Counted from the stretch's first letter, positions 34,346-47,343 are shown. The stretch: 64,000 nt of DNA from Eremomyces bilateralis CBS 781.70 (GCA_010015585.1 ML975171.1); one strand, 5' to 3'. Notes: a model not told the origin generated them from the letters alone. Numbers and translations are program-made.

Positions 34346-35875
34346 TCAGAGCAACTCATCATCCGCCTGAAGGGATCGACCTGTCTTACGCTTCCTACGG
34401 GCGGGTTGGTGCGTCCTTGCGCGTTTCGTCGGCAGATTCGTTGGCATTGCAAGCTCGTCCATCGATGTTTCGGATTCTTCGTGTACAGTGTTACCCGCGA
34501 AGAGCTCGTTCTGCGTAGACTGGCTGGTTGACGTGAAGGAGGTTAAGTAAGCTTCGGCTACGGCAATTTCAGGCTCATCCTCAGCATCAGCTCTCTCATT
34601 CGCACGCGCAATGAATTCTCCTCTTGTTTCCTTCGCCAAATCTTGCAGATTCCGGAAGCCACGCAGGCCTTGCCGGCAACTATCCGGATTATCGGTCAAA
34701 GCAAACGCCCTCGCCTGGGTTGTATAGTACTCGGGCTGCCCGTCCTGCTCTACCGGTTCGGTCGGATGCATCGTATACAACTGCAATGTGCCGGTCCCGC
34801 TGTGGTAGGTCGACCCGAATGCGTAGGCATTTCCGTCACACTCAGGCTCGTCCAGTCCGTACGACTGCATCTTGTGCATGCCGCGGGCTCCACACGCGAG
34901 ATCCTGCGTGATCTGGCGCTTGGCCTCTGACGCCTTCCCGTCTGGCCCCTTCGCTTCTAGGAAGAAGTTTGGAAGTGCCGGCCTGTGTCGCTGGCTCGTG
35001 GGGATGATGTATGGTGCAAGGTCATCCCGCACTTCGGAGCGGATCTGCGTTGGGCGAGAGCCATTGTAGTAGTCTGGTTTTGCGTTCGAAATGCGGTCGC
35101 CGAGTGGCTTGAGGTTATTGAACAACTGATTGTAGCCGGATGGTATGTTGGCCTTGCCTCTGATGATCGGGAAGACTTGGCTCATTACTTCAGCTTCGGT
35201 CATGGCCTCTTCGTTCTTCAGCTGGAATTCCTCGAAGGCCCCATCGGAGAACTGAGAGGGTGATAAAGATGGCCTAGGTTGTGCCAGCCGCTCTTGTATG
35301 TCCTCCCAGTTGTTTGGTTTGGGTCCTCGGTTGTATGGATATATCCCCTTATCAATAAGTGCCTGCTCAAAGGCCGGACCTTTTGACGAGATTGACGTCG
35401 CCCGCGTGTTCGAGTTCACCGTGCTAGACCGGTCGGTACCCTTGTCGGATAGAGCACGTCCTGAGCTCATCTTGACTTGTGCTTCCTGTTCTGGGTACTG
35501 AGATAATTAGCACCACTTCTCTATTGCATTGACAGGACTAACTCCTCGGATATCGCGAAGGTCTGGACCACCACGTCGGGCAAAGCGCTTGAGCTGTTTG
35601 ACGAGATCGCCTTTAACGACAGACTCTGCTCGCTGTTTCGAGGTAATAGGCCGGACTGCCCGTCGATTGAACTCTCGAAGAGCGCGACGACAGAGGGGCA
35701 CCCGCGAAAGATTGTCCCAGAACTCTGGTGGCGTCTTGCTGCGTGATCGTCGTAACCGTTTTTGGCATTTGGTAGGCGGTTGAGGTTGCAGTTCTGGCTC
35801 TGCCGTCGGCGCTGCTTCAGTTGTCCGTTTCCGTTTTCGAACTTGAGACTTTAACTCCTGTGCTAGATGCATCAT
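34346..35875 (-). CDS. Fungal PD-(D/E)xK nuclease-like protein (DUF7924-like)
   Basis: KPDYYNG...PNFFLEAKGPDG...GARGMHKMQSY; the 5' exon ends GGPDLRDIRG followed by a GTTAGT donor. Confidence 0.65.
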
Positions 35876-36211
35876 TGATCATGAACGAGATGGAGCGAAG
35901 GTTACATAGATATAAGTTATGCAGACACTCTTGTAAGCGCTGTGAAATGCGGAGGAGGGTGGGGTCTCGTTGGTTGGAGCGCGTGCTTGGCAGCAATGAC
36001 TCACAAAGTCACGATAACATCGCATCGATTGGCGGTCATTGCTGCTACCTGAGACTCCCAACATGGAAATGGGATTGTCGATCAGCGTGCCGAAGTCAGC
36101 GCATTTAATTCCTCTTCTCATATATTCTGTCCACGCTTGCAAGCTGCGTTGGCAAGCTAGTAGACTTTCTACGCTGCGCTACTCAACCATGTTTTTGCTC
36201 TCTTTTCCGTC

Positions 36212-37201
36212 ATGAAGCCTATTGTTGTCCGGAACAAGTACCAATTGGACCTCCGGCTGGGCGGCGGCTCTTATGGCGAAGTGTATCAATGTTAGTACAG
36301 ATCAGAGGATATTTTAAGGGAAACCTAATCGATATCGCAGGTCACAACATCCAAACAGGACAAGAAGTCGCTTTAAAGCTCGAGTATAACCAAATAAGTC
36401 CTTCACACCTTGAGAATGAAGTCGAAATCTACAATGAACTCGCCGGTGTGCCGGGCATCCCTCAGGTATACTGGCATGGATACGAATGCGAGTTCAGGGT
36501 GATGGCATTTGAGCTTCTCGGACCAAATCTAGAGAACCTCTTCAACTACTGTAGTCGGAGGTTCTCGCTGAAGACAGTGCTGATGCTGGCGGATCAGCTT
36601 ATCCCTCGATTCCAGTGCATTCATTCCAAAGGGTACATCCACAGGGATGTCAAACCGGACAATCTGCTCATGGGCGACGGCAAGCAAGGAAATACAGTCT
36701 ACATGACTGATATTGGCCTGGCCAAGGAAATTGAAGGCGGAGATCGGCAAAGCTATCCTGTGGTTGGGACACTGCGGTACGCCAGCATCAACGCACACTT
36801 AGGGAAAGGTAAGACTAGCACGTTTGAAAGAATGACGCATCTGACGTGGCAATCTAGAGCAATCCCCTCATGATGACATAGAATCACTTGGATATGTCTT
36901 CCTTTATTTTCTTCGGGGTTCTCTCCCGTGGCAGAGCCTGAAGGCCAAATCACCGGAGAAAGAGACAATGATCTTGGAGAGAAAACAGCATGTGCAAGAG
37001 GACGATCTCTTCGATGGTGTTCCAGAGGAATTCAAGAAGTATTTCGAGCACGTCCGGTCCGGGGAGAAACTCGACTACAGCTATTTGCTCCGCTTGTTCC
37101 GCAATCTGTTCCGCCGTAAGGGCTTCGAGTATGATTATGTCTTCGACTGGACTATACTAAAGTTTCTAGAAGAACCTGAAGGGAAACAGAAGAGCAGTTA
37201 A
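36212..37201 (+). CDS. Casein kinase I family protein (divergent paralog)
   Basis: GGGSYGEVY, EVALKLE, LLGPNLENLF, FSLKTVLMLADQ, HRDVKPDN, GTLRYASINAH, DDIESLGY, LPWQ and DYVFDW; two in-frame introns. Confidence 0.92.
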
Positions 37202-37265
37202 TATTTTCAAGGAATGTGCAGTGTGAGAAGGCGAGAGCAACCATTGCCAAGCTGGTTAAGAAAAG

Positions 37266-38749
37266 CTACGCAGTATGCACCCAAGAACCCTCCCGCTTTA
37301 GCTTATTCCCCCTTTCCTTCCTAACTTTAGCAATCCATGCCTCCACCCTGGCAACAGCGCTCCCTGGGGATTGCCTATTTTCCAACAGAAGTGAGAGAAC
37401 CTCTGCTGGGCTGAACTCCGACTCGGGCACTCGACTAGCAAAGTTTTTGGCATGTCGCTCGACGGCTTCGTTATCGTTTCCATCTGATCCTTTAAAAACG
37501 ATGCGGAATAGTTGGCAAATAATGTCTTTATCGGCCAGCCGGAACTGGATCTTCCAGTCCACGCGGCCGGGACGAATGAGTGCGTCGTCCAGTCGTTCGA
37601 TGTAATTGGTTGTCATGATGAGCACCCGGCCTTCTTGCGACCCTACTCCATCAAGAGCGTTGAGCAGCCCGGACAGCGTTACTTCCTTCCCCTGCTTTTC
37701 CGAAAGGCTTGACATAGGATTAGGGTGTTCCGTTTCCTTGTCTTGCGATCGGCTTTGGCTGGCTACGTCTACGTCTTCCAGGAGGATCACGCAGTGTTGC
37801 GGCAACTGGGCGAACAACATGTTTAGAGTACGGTCGTCGACGCTCGCCAGGTTCAGAATGTAAATGTCCAGGTCGAAATGCCCCGCAATCGACAGACTAA
37901 GGCTGGATTTGCCAGTTCCGGGCGGTCCGTACAGCAAGTAGCCCCGTCGATAAGGGATGCCGCGCTTGGTGTACCATTCCCGCGTATCCGGGTCAAGGAA
38001 GCTCGAGATATCGCTCAAAAGGGCTTCTTTCTCCTTGTCCTCGTGGAGGACGGTCGATATCTGTCGGATGCATCGCGCCTTGGACTGCTCCCACCTCCCG
38101 CTTCGAACTTCAAATATTAGCGTTTGGCCCTGGAGATCGTCCAGGTACCTCTGACGACATTCCTCCAATAGATCCTTCAGAATGCGTGAAGACCACCCGA
38201 GGCACGAAATCGAGACTTCTTCTCTGTCTCGGAAGAGATCTCCTTTCTTCTCCATACGGCGGTACACGAGCGGGTAGTTCTTGTACCAGAATCGAAGTTC
38301 TCCATTCCAAGGCGCATATTGTAGAGGCTTCTTCACTGAGCCGTTTGCACCCGGACCGTAGCCTTTCTTCAGGTCGATGTTGACAAGGAACGAGCGGCTA
38401 TCTTTGGCAAATGGCTGGTTTGACACCCAGGCGAGAACCATTTCGTGCACCTCGCTGTTGCATGAGACGTGGACGGTCGAAGCTGCTGATTGTAAGGAAG
38501 CTTGAATGACCTTTTCGAGAAAATGGACTGACAAAAAGATTTCTGCACCCAGTTCGATATGTCTTGATAGCCACGTTTGTATAAGAACACAAGAAATCCA
38601 CAGAGGCAAACCAAAGGAACGACTGCATCTAAGTTGATCCCCGTGTATCGTTGGATGACAGGGGAGATACGAGACAAGCCTGGGAAGAACAATTCCAGGA
38701 CTGACACCTGTCCTTGTGGGAGCGGTTGGAATGGTGAGCTACTGGCCAT
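37266..38749 (-). CDS. BCS1-like AAA ATPase
   Basis: WYTKRGIPYRRGYLLYGPPGTGKSS, ILLEDVD, TLSGLLNALDGV and MTTN...LDDALIRPGRVD; one 5' intron. Confidence 0.92.
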
Positions 38750-39130
38750 ATTGATGACGGATATAGAGAAAGGCAGAATTAGTTATAAACACTTCTTTCG
38801 GTGCCCGATTTGAAGTAAGGACTGGTAACTCAGCTTTCCATTCCCTTTTGTTCCCGTATTTATATCCAAGCATAAGTCGAGAGCATTATGATCGTCATGT
38901 CGGAGTGCCGACCAGCCCCTTCGCATATGAAGATATCCCTATTTTCGCATCAATCCGACATGTTGGTAACGATAAGCTAGTGAAGCTTATCTTCCATTGG
39001 CTGTGAGTATACCGTGAGGCTTGAGGCGTTAGTTCTCTAACACGTTGAAAAGCTTGTGCCGAATCATCACGCGACTGACTTAACAGCGTGCTTCTTCCAT
39101 ATGCGGAGGGCGCATTATAGGTAGTACTAG

Positions 39131-39378
39131 TGAAACGGGATGAAATGAAACGGGATAAAATGAAACGGAATGATATGAAACAGAATGAAATGAAATAGAA
39201 TGAAATGGAATAGAATGACATAGAACGATATAGAACGATAAAATATAAATACTGCACACTGGAATGGTGCAATATGAAGGACCAATCAGCATGGAACACG
39301 TAGACAAACCCACATAGAGGGGCTGATAAAGTATTTCATTTTACACCATTTCATATCATTTCAGTTTCTTCCATTTCG
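39131..39378. repeat. Inverted pair of degenerate pentamer tracts, (ATGAA)n ... (TTTCA)n
   Basis: Purine-rich tract at 39131-39250 and complementary tract at 39333-39378. Confidence 0.8.
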
Positions 39379-39401
39379 CGTGCTCAGCTCTTTTTGAAAT
39401 T

Positions 39402-40229
39402 ATGGATCAGAACATGGCACCAGTCCTTGTCCACTCTAACGCACAGATCGAAAAGTTCATCAACAAGATCAACAAGAAAGTGACGCAATTAAAAATTAAC
39501 GATCTAACGCGGGGCGACCAAGATCTTTTGCGAAACCGGCTCAAAATCGTTTGGGCGGAGCCAAACGACCATGATGGCTCGGCAACAAAATGGCGAAAGG
39601 CTCGGGCCCATCGTGCGTACAAGGAAATTCAAGACGAAAGCGATCATTTACTTCTTGTTGTGGTGTTGGTCATCGCGCCAACAGAAATCGCTAAAACAAG
39701 TTTCGACGTCGTCCTGGACTACCTGCTCCGCCTGGAAACTTACAACCCATATCGTCTGCAATTGAGTGCAGGTACAAAGAGGTTCTTTGAGTCAATGGCC
39801 GCAGAACAGGGTTTTGCTAGCAACCGTCGCTACCTCAGTTTAATACAGTCTTTATTCCCTCAAAGTTTGTGGTCTTATTTTTCCACAAAAAGATATAAAG
39901 CTGACTTGAACAGGCGAAGAACTGAGACGTGAGTCATGTAGATCTTCTTAGCAGAGATACACTATTGATCTAATACTGCAGAAATACAACTGGCATACAC
40001 GAACATACCGCTCGAGAACATTGATAAATTGTTCTACATAATGCGGAAAGGAATCGAAACAAGTAAACAATGGAATTCAGAGAGGGAGCGGGGCGAGAAA
40101 ACCTCCAGTTTCGTGACCGGCCTAATACCCACCGGTGACAAAGATTGCTGCTTCACTATCACGATCGGCCGTGAAGATATAATGCGAGGTCTCCTGCAGC
40201 TCGGGCTCACACAACTTAAGCTCGAGTGA
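39402..40229 (+). CDS. Hypothetical protein (multi-exon)
   Basis: 176-aa ATG ORF plus a downstream ORF at 40029-40229, with intron-like sequence between them. Confidence 0.6.
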
Positions 40230-41487
40230 ATTTGAACTCGCAGCTGCCCAATACTTCACAAGAATGCCATGGAGGAACATAAAACGACCTCTCCGTATCA
40301 CTAGCCCATCCCTCTTCACGGATCGTAACCCAGTCTTTCTCACGAACTCTCACGAATCCGTTTTTGAAGGATATCCATTTTGCAGACTGTCCGCCCTCAT
40401 ACAGTCCATCTCCCCGACACCATAAATTATAAATTGTCTAGTCGTTTATGTTAGCTGTGAGCTAAAGGAATGGAGATTAGTCTAACCGTTTGCCCTTTTG
40501 CTTGCTCCTCTTCTTGCGTCACTGTCTGCACTGTCTGCTCCTCAGTCATGTACTCTGCTTTTGTTTTGCTGGGCCAAATATTGGCCTAGGGTCAGTTAGA
40601 TCAGATCACGTATAGAATTTGATTTCCTCACCAAATGTCGAAATGGAGGAATCTCCACTCTCCACTTAGAGGATGAGCGGATATGAGAGATGAGTAGGCT
40701 TAGGGAGAGGTGCTCAAATTGCTGGAAGATGCCTTATTCTATGCGCATATGCCGTTTTCCGCACTGTAAGAGGAAGTGGAACCAGTGAAGTTGTCGTTTA
40801 CCACTTCAAAGGGTGTCGTGTCCCATGTGTTCAGCAGGTTCGAGGATGGAGAAGCTGGATGTAATTTGGCTTCAAAATATACGTTAACGAACTCATCGGG
40901 GAGGTGTAAAAGGTGTACATAGAAGAACATGCTTAGACCACTGCAAATGAAGTTGACTGTGTTGGAGTTAAGCAAGATCAGGTCTAAGGCGTGGGTGCCC
41001 GATGAATGAATAAACGGGGTGCTGCGTCAGATTCCCCCTGTAAATGTTCCTAGGGCATTAACAGGTCAAGTGACTTAAAAGTGGAACAAACCACAGGTAT
41101 GTGGCACCTCTGACGAACGATAATTAGATAATTTGCATTACTGCCCAACCTGAGCTATGTGGCAAATAATGTATCATGTGATTTGCTCTTCATTCGTTTA
41201 CCTGCGGATTATTTCGGGATGCTTCAGTTCTCGCCCGGAACGACGAACAGCGTCGGTCAGTTACCCAAGTCGAAAATGCCAGAGCTGTCAACCAAAAGGT
41301 TCAAACGGCACTACTCCTTGAGTGGGTTTGAGCGAGAGAGTAGTAGGTGTCACATGCCATTTGCTGGACGCGTCGCGAAAATTGCAAGCTGGATTACAGA
41401 ATCTGGTTATGTAATAGGTTCCCACAGCAATTCGAGGAACGGTCTTCGCGAATTGGTTTCATTAAATTAGCTCTCATTTGCGACACC

Positions 41488-42402
41488 CTATGATGCAGGA
41501 CGTCTCGATGGTCCGCCGTTCTGCAGGAGCTCGAATCGGCGCCCGACTGGCCATCGTGTGAATTTCCATCGAATTTGTTCCAATACACTCGCCTCCCTCC
41601 GATAACGCCCAGCCGCGGCCCAAACAAATAGATTCCACCGCAATCGTGCAAAAAAGCCCCAGTTTTGAGGTATATGAAAGTTGTGTATAGATGCGTACTC
41701 GAAGAAAATTGGATAGAAGCCAGCGTAATCCCAATCTATCAACCACAGTCGGCCTGAAGGATCAAGGAGAATATTTCGGGGCGCAAGGTCATGATGAGTG
41801 AATACCAATGTATCAACTCTTGAAGGTATTCGACATTTAGAGTTTACCGAACCTTGGGTCGCTGCCTTCATCGCAGTCCGAATCGAGATAAAACCAGCCC
41901 AAAACCTGATGAAATATGTGATGTCCTTTGGGGATGCCCTCGCAGGGAGTCCGTAGCGATCTTCGAGCCAGAATGATCTGCACTCGCCAGTGGCTAGAGA
42001 GCCTGCGGTTGTCGAGGTTATCGACCTCATCAGATGGATAGAACGGCGAAGTTGTAGAGCCAGATTTGCAGTCGCGAGCCATCCTAATTTCGTCCACATA
42101 GCTTCTAGAGTTGTACCCTGGATACGGTCTATGATGCAATACGCATTGCCATTGTATTGAACTACCCTCTGAATTCGAGGAGCGGGAATGCCGAGTTGAA
42201 GGGCATTTTCAATAGCTTTCACAGTATCTTCTGCTAAGGGAGGTTTGTAATGCTTAGCCAGTAGATTCCTTGACAGTAGGAACACGCTGGAGATTGGTTC
42301 GATTCGAGGGGAGGCGACAATATACCGTGCCAGTTCATCGTCAGTGTAATCATGGAGACGATCTTCATGAAAGTCCGTATGCATGATCCGGGGCAAGGCC
42401 AC
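41488..42402 (-). CDS. Aminoglycoside-phosphotransferase (APH)-family kinase
   Basis: IPAPRI, FTHHDLAPRNILL and LIDWDYAGFYP. Confidence 0.88.
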   Translation of the reverse strand: MALPRIMHTDFHEDRLHDYTDDELARYIVASPRIEPISSVFLLSRNLLAKHYKPPLAEDTVKAIENALQLGIPAPRIQRVVQYNGNAYCIIDRIQGTTLEAMWTKLGWLATANLALQLRRSIHLMRSITSTTAGSLATGECRSFWLEDRYGLPARASPKDITYFIRFWAGFISIRTAMKAATQGSVNSKCRIPSRVDTLVFTHHDLAPRNILLDPSGRLWLIDWDYAGFYPIFFEYASIHNFHIPQNWGFFARLRWNLFVWAAAGRYRREASVLEQIRWKFTRWPVGRRFELLQNGGPSRRPAS

Positions 42403-43516
42403 GATCGGATATAAGAGAGCCGTTTAATGAGATGCTGATCGTGTGTTTAAGTGAAAATCGTGACGATGGCCTTGGATCCGTAAGCACGGCACTGCTGTGC
42501 CAAAGACGGGATAGTGACGCTCGCGAGAAATGGCTTTGTGAGCAACAGCTAGTGTCGTGTGCCTTCGTATGAGAGATTAGGGAGAGAGGAATACACGTTA
42601 GAAGGGAAAGGTGGAATAAATAAATGATTTATGGGGAGCCTGAATGCGGATAAACTTCGGAAGTGGCCAAAGACACGGGTGCTTACGTGAACGCCGCATC
42701 CCGGCATAAACTGATCTCTCGTCCAAATTCCATCTAGACACTTTTGGGAGTCATCGGGCACCATCGTCATGGATGCCCTTTTGTCACTCATGGCGCAGTC
42801 TAGCAGATTTGCTCAGCATTCGGTCTTGCGATCATTTGTATTGTGCAGCCTCTGCGGACTTATCTCAAGTTACGCCTCTAGCTACCATCTTTCTTGAACC
42901 TCTCCTCACAGGCTGGTTTCGGAATCTACCTATCAGCGCCTTCGTTCCTACTATTTCCCTAGACGATCGGTTCCTTGGGCACACTTGTTAGAATCGCGCC
43001 AAAGCACCGCTTACCGCCACACTCTGTCTTGTAAAATATCTAGTAGGTGAGACTAGCGCTTTAAAGTCCATACGTCGTTTACTGACAAGTTTCAGCAACG
43101 GAGCAGACTTCCTCGATCCCCAAACTACACATATAATTCGGCCTCTCAGCTTCTTAACCTTAAGGAACCAAATAACGACGATGGATGGAGGACTTTCAGT
43201 GGATGATATTGCAGCCGATGATAAGAAACTGGAAGAGAAAGCCGAGGAATTGGTATATGGATCAGATTTCCTGCGAATGCCTATGTTAACAGCTTTATAG
43301 TGCAAAGAGCCAGTAGACATTGGGCCAGAAACCGTCGCAACAATACATGATCCTATCGACGCTTCCGTTCGTGCCATTCTGGTTAAGAAACACGGCAGTG
43401 GTGGCGCAGTCCGAGCATTTGGGGACAACATTACAAACGTAGTCACTGGTCAAGGCTGGGGTTATGTTATTGTTGTCGTAAAGCGTGGAGATAGCTACAG
43501 GATATTGGGAACCCCT

Positions 43517-44515
43517 TCAGTGCGATACTTCCGAGTTCGTGGGACCCTTTGAAGCGAACAAATGTTTCATAAGAGCCTCGCTCAGCCGAAGAGAGAGTTC
43601 GAGTTTTGCTGTTAAACCAAGCGTGGGATCCAGCACTAGGTTAATGGATGGTAGCGGAACGCCATCCCAAGGACACTCCAGCCAGAAATTCGGAGAGCAT
43701 TCTTGATGTTTTTGGACTAAGCTAAGAAGCTTCTTCAAATCGAAAGCGGTAGGAGATAGCTCCAATTTCGCACTTAAACCCAGTGTTGGTTCCAGTATTA
43801 TCTCAGCCGGCGAAGACGGTTCTGAAGGACATACCGTACGATGAGAAGGGTAGGTCTTCTGGCATTCACGGAGAAATGTGGAGAGATCGGCTGACTTGAA
43901 GCACAACAATTCTTCGCGAGGAAGCTGCTGCAATTCAGTAGTTGCATGTGTATGTTCCGTTGTGGGTCGGAATTGTCCCTCGTCTAGATTGCGTTAGCCT
44001 TTTTCTACCACTATTCAAGGCGTAATACCTGGTATGTGCGGTGCCTCTTGATTATAGTCTACATGCGATTCTGTAGTATCTTTCGGGTTTCGATTTGGGA
44101 CGATTTGGGACACCAGGCGAGGGATCGATGCAGTCGAGCAGAGCTTATTCGCTTTTTCCACCAATCCTCGCGGATGCGGAACGGTCTTCCACCATTTTCC
44201 AATATGTTGAAGGAGGCCAAGCTGCCTTACTGTGGCTAGAGTTGTGATTGGTGCTGCCAGGGTGCAGAGGAGAAATGCCGCTGAGCCTAAGCTTGAAAAT
44301 ACATCCGCCAAAAAGAGACGCACCCGCCTTCGCCTGCTCGACCGCTGACCCGATCTGCTCGCTAGCGAGGTCTCACCTTCTCGAAGTAACTTAACACAAT
44401 CATTGAACCGCTTATTCTGGATAATGGATAGCGGGTACACGTCGTTATCGAATATTGTCCTTTCATCATCAAGTCTTTGGATTAACCAAGAAGACGCTTT
44501 CGCATTCGTTGTCAT
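43517..44515 (-). CDS. Hypothetical protein, two exons
   Basis: ATG ORF 44015-44515 and ORF 43517-43933 with an intron-like gap; the second part has an internal repeat (LEPTLGLSAKLELS / LDPTLGLTAKLELS). Confidence 0.6.
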
Positions 44516-44555
44516 GATTGATCGAAGTCGAGAGTGGGCGGACAGAACTCAAAAC

Positions 44556-44966
44556 TGGATAGAGAAAGATGGATGGAAATGGATGGAGATGGATGGTAAT
44601 GGGTGGAGATGGATGGAGATCGGGGGCGTCTTGATTTTAACAGCAAAGATGGTGTGGTGGTCTAGATCCTGTCAGATGGCTGATGCCTCATCAGGCGTAG
44701 CACCGGGGTACCAAAATTGATGGCGCGGAGGCCAAGACCCGAATCCTCACCAAAATGGGAAACTTCACAAGCCAACATCTCAGCCAAAAAGAGCTCAAAT
44801 TCAATAAAATTATATCTAGCATTAACTTATAGTTAAGACCTTTCTTCTCTACTAATTATCCGGTATGGCTGGTTGGTTACCAGAGTTCTTACTAGCCTAT
44901 TCAGCTCCCGCCCATTTCTCCATCCATCTCCATCCACATCCATCCATCTCCATCCACCTCTATCTA
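44556..44966. repeat. Inverted pair of GATGGA-rich ... TCCATC-rich tracts
   Basis: Tracts at 44556-44620 and 44912-44966 are mutually complementary; both begin t(g/a)gatagag when read inward. Confidence 0.85.
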
Positions 44967-45270
44967 GAGAACAGATGCAGATTCGTATTTAGAAACCCTG
45001 CAATGATATGCAATGATGCCAATTAATCACCGCAGAACCACATCCAGACAAAGCTGGCGGCTGACCGCAGGGAGTGAAATGCCCTGCTTGCAACATATTT
45101 GCATCCTACAAGATATAAACCTTAGGATCCCTCCGATGTCTCAAGAAATCTTACGCAGACATCTGATCATCCATTACCTCTGAGATTGACCCATCCAAAA
45201 TTGGCACTATCCGCAACAGGTTAGCAAATCCTTTTATGTGGACGAACTATCCTTACCTAACTTCTCAGCC

Positions 45271-45798
45271 ATGAGTAACAATTACGACACGGACAACTTC
45301 AACACCGCAGAGCTTGCTCTTCAGGTTGTTGCCATACATATTTGCGGCTACCGAAACCCCAGCAACACCGGCGATGAAGACGGAAACCCTCCCACGAATC
45401 ACTGGGCTGCTTTCATGCAGCTCCCCACCGGTGGCTCTGTCAGACTCGACATGGCTCCTGGATACGGCTCAGACGGACGGAGAGGAAAGATAGAGCTTTC
45501 CTCCAAGAAATATACGTATACGCAAAACGCGATCAAGACATTGTCGTTCGGCGCCATTGCCTACGTTACGGTGCAGATGGTCACGGAAATGATCAATAGA
45601 AACGGGAGGGATAAGTACAATTTCACAGAGGAGTGGGAGGGATGTAGATTCTGGATCTACACCTTTATATCGGACCTGGAAGCTGCGGGAATCATTCCAG
45701 CAGGTAGCGCGCAAGCTACCTGGGCAGCGGTGTCTTATTATTGGCGTAGTCCGAGCGGACAGGAACTAAGAGACGTCAAACAGGGAGAATTTCGGTAG
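45271..45798 (+). CDS. DUF7770-like hypothetical protein
   Basis: TNHWAAF...SVRLDMAP...GRDKYNF...GCRFW; the His and Cys motifs suggest a papain-like fold. Confidence 0.7.
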   Translation: MSNNYDTDNFNTAELALQVVAIHICGYRNPSNTGDEDGNPPTNHWAAFMQLPTGGSVRLDMAPGYGSDGRRGKIELSSKKYTYTQNAIKTLSFGAIAYVTVQMVTEMINRNGRDKYNFTEEWEGCRFWIYTFISDLEAAGIIPAGSAQATWAAVSYYWRSPSGQELRDVKQGEFR

Positions 45799-46544
45799 GG
45801 CGAATGAAACTCGCATGAGCGAGGAGGATTGTGTCGGAACGGTACCACAGCGGAATCGGCCGACGATAGGTTGCAGTTGAAAAGGAAAACCTTGAGGAAA
45901 GGATTTGGGAATTTGATCCTGTAGCCAAGCATCATAGCAACAATGACGGAATTTGAAGAATCTAGCATATCCTGCTCCGCATGTTGCGTAATCTCCGCTG
46001 TGAGGAGACGCCGCCTCTCCTTCTCTTCCCCGAGAATGGGTCAAGAAACAGGAAGAAGTGATAGCAGAGCCGCCGCCTCAAGAATTGTGACAAAACTTCC
46101 AATGGATGAAAGAATCTTCGCGTAGCTGAGGGCTAGCTCCAGCCTTGCAGATGAGATATAAGAATGTTCCAGAGTTGTGCAGCAGGTCAAAGTAGAGCCC
46201 TTGAGTGGAAGGACTGAGGTGCCGTTTGAGGATTGGAGGAGGCGGTTGCATTGGTTGGCTCACCTGCATTGTCCACTAGCGCCGGGCGCGCCTGACCCTC
46301 CAACTCAGTCTCGGGATCTGAATACGGGCCGTACCGACAAAGCCGGTCACCTGCCCTGTTGGCAAGGCCATCCTCGCTAGTGAGCGGCCTCTTCCTTGGT
46401 TTCCGCTCTGGTGTCCTCACCAAACTCTAGCGCTGTCAAGGTCTAACGAGATCTGGACATAGCTCATTAACTCCATTTTTGATGGGTACGGCTTTAGGAT
46501 ACACCACAGAACCGAAGTGTTGAATTCTCAGGACAAAACTCATT

Positions 46545-47343
46545 ATGCCTGGACGGTATGAATCCTCCCGTTGGATTTTGAATTCCGCTGACTGGATGGA
46601 TACTAATATAGGGTCTCCTGCTCTCGCTGTAATCGAGGATTCTCCTCTCAAAAGGCGAGACAACAGCACTATGATGATTCTCCTCACCATAACCCATGCG
46701 ATGTCTGCTCCTTTGATGGCTTGACCTGGGAAGAGTTGCTTCAACACCATCGTCAGACACAACATCGGGAAGTGTGCCAGGGCTGTGATGATGGAGAAGG
46801 CATGATTTGGGTCCCAGGCTGTAATGAATATGTGGAGCATCTCGAGTAAGAGAACGTGTGCAAGAAATGCGAACGACATTTCACAAGCCCGAGCAACCTA
46901 GAGCATGTATGTGTACTCCAGTTCCTGCTACATTCGTACTGACGCGTAGTCCCTAGCACCAGATGGTACATATAAAGCCCTCGATAAATTGCTACGGTTG
47001 TTCTCAAACCTTTAAAATCTATCCTGGGATGATTATTCATCTAGAATCTGGCGCGTGTGACTCCGGGATCGATGCTATCGACTTGAATGAGTCCGCTGCG
47101 ATGTGCTACCAGTGGGTGTCATACCTTGACGAGGAATATCGAGACTAGCTGCTGGAACGTCGCGATTTAGGACTTGAGGACGTTGATGTCTATCCATTCC
47201 ATTGCCCTGGATGTGACGCGGCATTCTCGAAGCTGTCGGCCCTATTCCAACATGTGGGCAGTAAAGCGTGCGAACAGAGTTTGACTGGTGGAAAGGTGGG
47301 GAAATTGATCAGGTGGCTAGAGGTGCGACATAATGAGAATTAA
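46545..47343 (+). pseudogene. C2H2 zinc-finger pseudogene with two in-frame stops
   Basis: CDVC...HHRQTQH, CKKCERHF...H, CYGCSQTF...HLESGAC and CPGCDAAF...H; TAA at 46847 and TAG at 47146 interrupt the frame. Confidence 0.8.

Noticed and set aside
42770..43460. Possible degraded plus-strand gene
   Set aside because: Interrupted by stops and without an identifiable domain.
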